Of a stretch of 32,000 nucleotides of DNA, positions 30,230-32,000 are shown one piece after another. The position numbers were made by a program, and so were the translations under genes. The stretch's first letter is position 1; each line of letters opens with the position of its first letter. The notes beneath the pieces are model-generated. The model searched no databases. It saw only the letters and a program-made list of their open reading frames with translations, and was not told the origin of the DNA. Source of the DNA: Candidatus Saccharimonadota bacterium (GTDB taxonomy: Bacteria > Pseudomonadota > Gammaproteobacteria > Burkholderiales > Burkholderiaceae); assembly GCF_016593155.1 (NCBI RefSeq), contig NZ_AP023215.1, positions 60,001 to 92,000 of the forward strand. The letters run 5' to 3'.

Positions 30230-30856
30230 ATGAATATTTTTAAAAAATATAATAAATCAAATATAGATATGATTGGTTTAATACCAATGGTTATTGAAAA
30301 AAATGGACAAAGAGAACGTTCTTATGATATTTATTCACGTTTATTAAAGGAACGTATAATTTTTTTAGTAGGTGTAATTAATGATTTATCTGCTAATTTG
30401 ATTATAGCACAAATGTTATTTTTAGAAAGCGAAGATTCAAATAAAGATATTTTTCTTTATATTAATTCTCCTGGGGGATCAGTATCCTCTGGTATGGCTA
30501 TTTTTGATACAATGCAATTTATTAAACCAAATGTTTCTACATTATGCATTGGTTTAGCTGCTTCAATGGGTGCATTTTTATTGGCGTCAGGAGCTAAAGG
30601 TAAACGTTTTTCTTTACCAAATTCGCGAATTATGATTCATCAACCATTAGGAGGGGCACAGGGCCAGGCATCAGATATTGAAATTCAAGCACGTGAAATA
30701 CTTTATCTTCGTCAACGTTTAAATGAAATTTTATCTGAAAAAACAGGTCATTCTGTAAAAAAAATCAGTAAAGATACTGATCGTGATAATTTTATGTCTG
30801 CAAAAATGGCTATAGAATATTGCTTAATTGATAAAATTTTAAAACAAAGAAAATAA
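30230..30856 (+). CDS. clpP: ATP-dependent Clp protease proteolytic subunit
   Basis: 208 aa containing [23 protein letters not shown], and the catalytic Ser in [11 protein letters not shown], His in IMIHQPLGG and Asp in DTDRDNF. The end coordinate is taken from the ORF track (see the rejected note about the A-run at 30841). Confidence 0.93.
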   Translation: MNIFKKYNKSNIDMIGLIPMVIEKNGQRERSYDIYSRLLKERIIFLVGVINDLSANLIIAQMLFLESEDSNKDIFLYINSPGGSVSSGMAIFDTMQFIKPNVSTLCIGLAASMGAFLLASGAKGKRFSLPNSRIMIHQPLGGAQGQASDIEIQAREILYLRQRLNEILSEKTGHSVKKISKDTDRDNFMSAKMAIEYCLIDKILKQRK

Positions 30857-30890
30857 TTTTAATTTCAAGCTTTAAATTTATTTAAATTAA

Positions 30891-30929
30891 TTTAATATTT
30901 ATATATCTAATTAATATTTATATATCTAA
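30891..30929. repeat. Perfect 19-bp tandem duplication (TTAATATTTATATATCTAA x2) in the clpP-clpX spacer, ending about 8 nt before the clpX start
   Basis: Read directly: the two units are adjacent and identical (30891-30909 and 30910-30928 by my base count; +1 in the register implied by the ORF track). Confidence 0.85.
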
Positions 30930-30937
30930 CTAAATAT

Positions 30938-32000
30938 ATGTCTTATATGTCTGAAAAAAAAAAATTAAATAATAAAAATTTTTTATTTTGTTCTTTTTGT
31001 AGTAAACATAAAAATGAAATAAAAAAATTAGTGTCCGGATCTTTTATGTCAATTTGTAATGAATGCATTAAATCATGTAATGAAATTATGTGTGATAATA
31101 ATACCCTTATTGTAAATTCAAATTCTAAAATTAAGGTAAATTTATCGACACCAAAGGAAATAACTAATTTTTTAAATAAATATGTAATTGGACAAAAAAA
31201 CGCAAAACGCATTTTATCTGTGGCTGTGTATAATCATTATAAGCGTATTCAATATTTTTTAAATAAAAATAATGAAGATGATGTTGAGTTATCGAAAAGT
31301 AATATATTAATAATTGGATCCACTGGATCTGGTAAAACTTTATTAGCACAAACCTTAGCTCGTATGTTAAATGTTCCATTTGTTATTACAGACGCTACAA
31401 CCTTAACAGAAGCTGGTTATGTTGGTGAAGATGTAGAAAATATTATACAAAAATTATTACAAAATTGTAATTATAACGTTGAAAAAGCGCAACAAGGAAT
31501 TATATATATTGATGAAATTGATAAAATTTCTCGCAAATCAGAAAATCCATCTATTACACGAGATGTTTCTGGAGAAGGGGTTCAACAAGCATTATTAAAA
31601 TTAATTGAAGGAACAATAGCCTCAGTCCCTCCAGCGGGAGGTCGCAAGCATCCAGATCAAAATTTTATACAAATTGATACAACTAACATTATGTTTATTT
31701 GTGGAGGAGCATTTAATGGGTTAGATAAAATTATATTAGAACGTTCTCAAAAAACAAGTATTGGATTTTCTGCAAAAATTACAAATGATAATGATAAAAA
31801 AATATTAAATCCAGAACCAAGAGATCTTATTAAATTTGGTATTATTCCGGAATTAATTGGACGTTTACCAATAATTATTACTTTACATGAACTCAATGAA
31901 TCAGCTTTAATGAAAATTTTATTAGAACCTAAAAATGCGTTAATTAAACAGTATTCAAAATTATTAAAAATGGAAAATGTAGAGTTAGAAATTAAGCCAA
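30938..32000 (+). CDS. clpX: ATP-dependent Clp protease ATP-binding subunit ClpX, 3' end cut by the window edge
   Basis: It is not in the ORF track because no stop is reached. My translation runs [51 protein letters not shown] (C4 zinc finger), then [35 protein letters not shown]. It continues with Walker [19 protein letters not shown], pore loop [11 protein letters not shown], Walker [27 protein letters not shown] and IPELIGRLP. Two in-frame ATGs are 9 nt apart. The first ATG is 30937 by my base count and 30938 in the ORF-track register. Confidence 0.9.
   Translation, partial: MSYMSEKKKLNNKNFLFCSFCSKHKNEIKKLVSGSFMSICNECIKSCNEIMCDNNTLIVNSNSKIKVNLSTPKEITNFLNKYVIGQKNAKRILSVAVYNHYKRIQYFLNKNNEDDVELSKSNILIIGSTGSGKTLLAQTLARMLNVPFVITDATTLTEAGYVGEDVENIIQKLLQNCNYNVEKAQQGIIYIDEIDKISRKSENPSITRDVSGEGVQQALLKLIEGTIASVPPAGGRKHPDQNFIQIDTTNIMFICGGAFNGLDKIILERSQKTSIGFSAKITNDNDKKILNPEPRDLIKFGIIPELIGRLPIIITLHELNESALMKILLEPKNALIKQYSKLLKMENVELEIKP

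Noticed and set aside
30841-31321. Apparent 1-nt deletion in the A-run at the clpP 3' end (about 30841) and apparent extra C in GGATCC(C)ACTGG (about 31319-31321). Together these would change the ClpP C-terminus and frameshift clpX just before its Walker A motif.
   Set aside because: My base-by-base count disagrees by exactly 1 nt with the supplied ORF track only between these two points. The track gives clpP ending ...ILKQRK at 30856. Its antisense ORF translation ...QIQWIQLL... requires GGATCCACTGG, which keeps clpX in frame as [10 protein letters not shown]. No + strand ORF ending near 31335 is listed, as a real frameshift would produce. Both discrepancies fall at display line boundaries and cancel each other. 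I treat them as a reading or formatting artefact, not a pseudogene or programmed frameshift. Coordinates in this interval may be off by 1. Re-translating 30230-32000 computationally would settle it.
30943-31379. Two overlapping minus-strand ORFs (89 aa and 71 aa)
   Set aside because: Both are antisense to the clpX zinc-finger and Walker A coding region. The plus strand encodes an unmistakable ClpX that the track omits only because it has no stop inside the window.

Overview
This window is a densely packed (about 93% coding), very AT-rich housekeeping region. By eye it is roughly one quarter G+C (not computed), and the spacers are almost free of G/C. I see no mobile element, CRISPR array, tRNA or rRNA gene, defence island or toxin-like cassette, and I do not think it contains a novel system. 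TGA is used as a stop codon (end of pheS) and Trp is TGG, so the code is standard bacterial. There are 25 recognisable genes: an RNase II-family fragment, topB, thrS-infC-rpmI-rplT-pheS-pheT, the convergent acnA-mdh pair on the minus strand, sdhCDAB-gltA, sucA-sucB-lpdA-zapE, ndk-rlmN, hisS, der, clpP and clpX (which runs off the 3' edge). The order sdhB-gltA-sucAB-lpdA, with an LDH-like mdh next to sdhC, is the Betaproteobacteria (Burkholderiales/Alcaligenaceae) arrangement. Together with the AT bias, lysine/asparagine/isoleucine-rich proteins and missing neighbours, this suggests a reduced-genome symbiont, for example something like Candidatus Kinetoplastibacterium; that is a hypothesis I cannot test without a search. 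Points worth a second look are modest. They are an ATT start for infC and a GTG start for rpmI, perfect short tandem duplications just upstream of gltA and clpX (one duplicating the clpX start codon), and a single GC-rich intrinsic terminator after gltA. Also noted are zapE sitting tightly behind lpdA, several apparent synteny gaps, and long in-frame poly(A) tracts.
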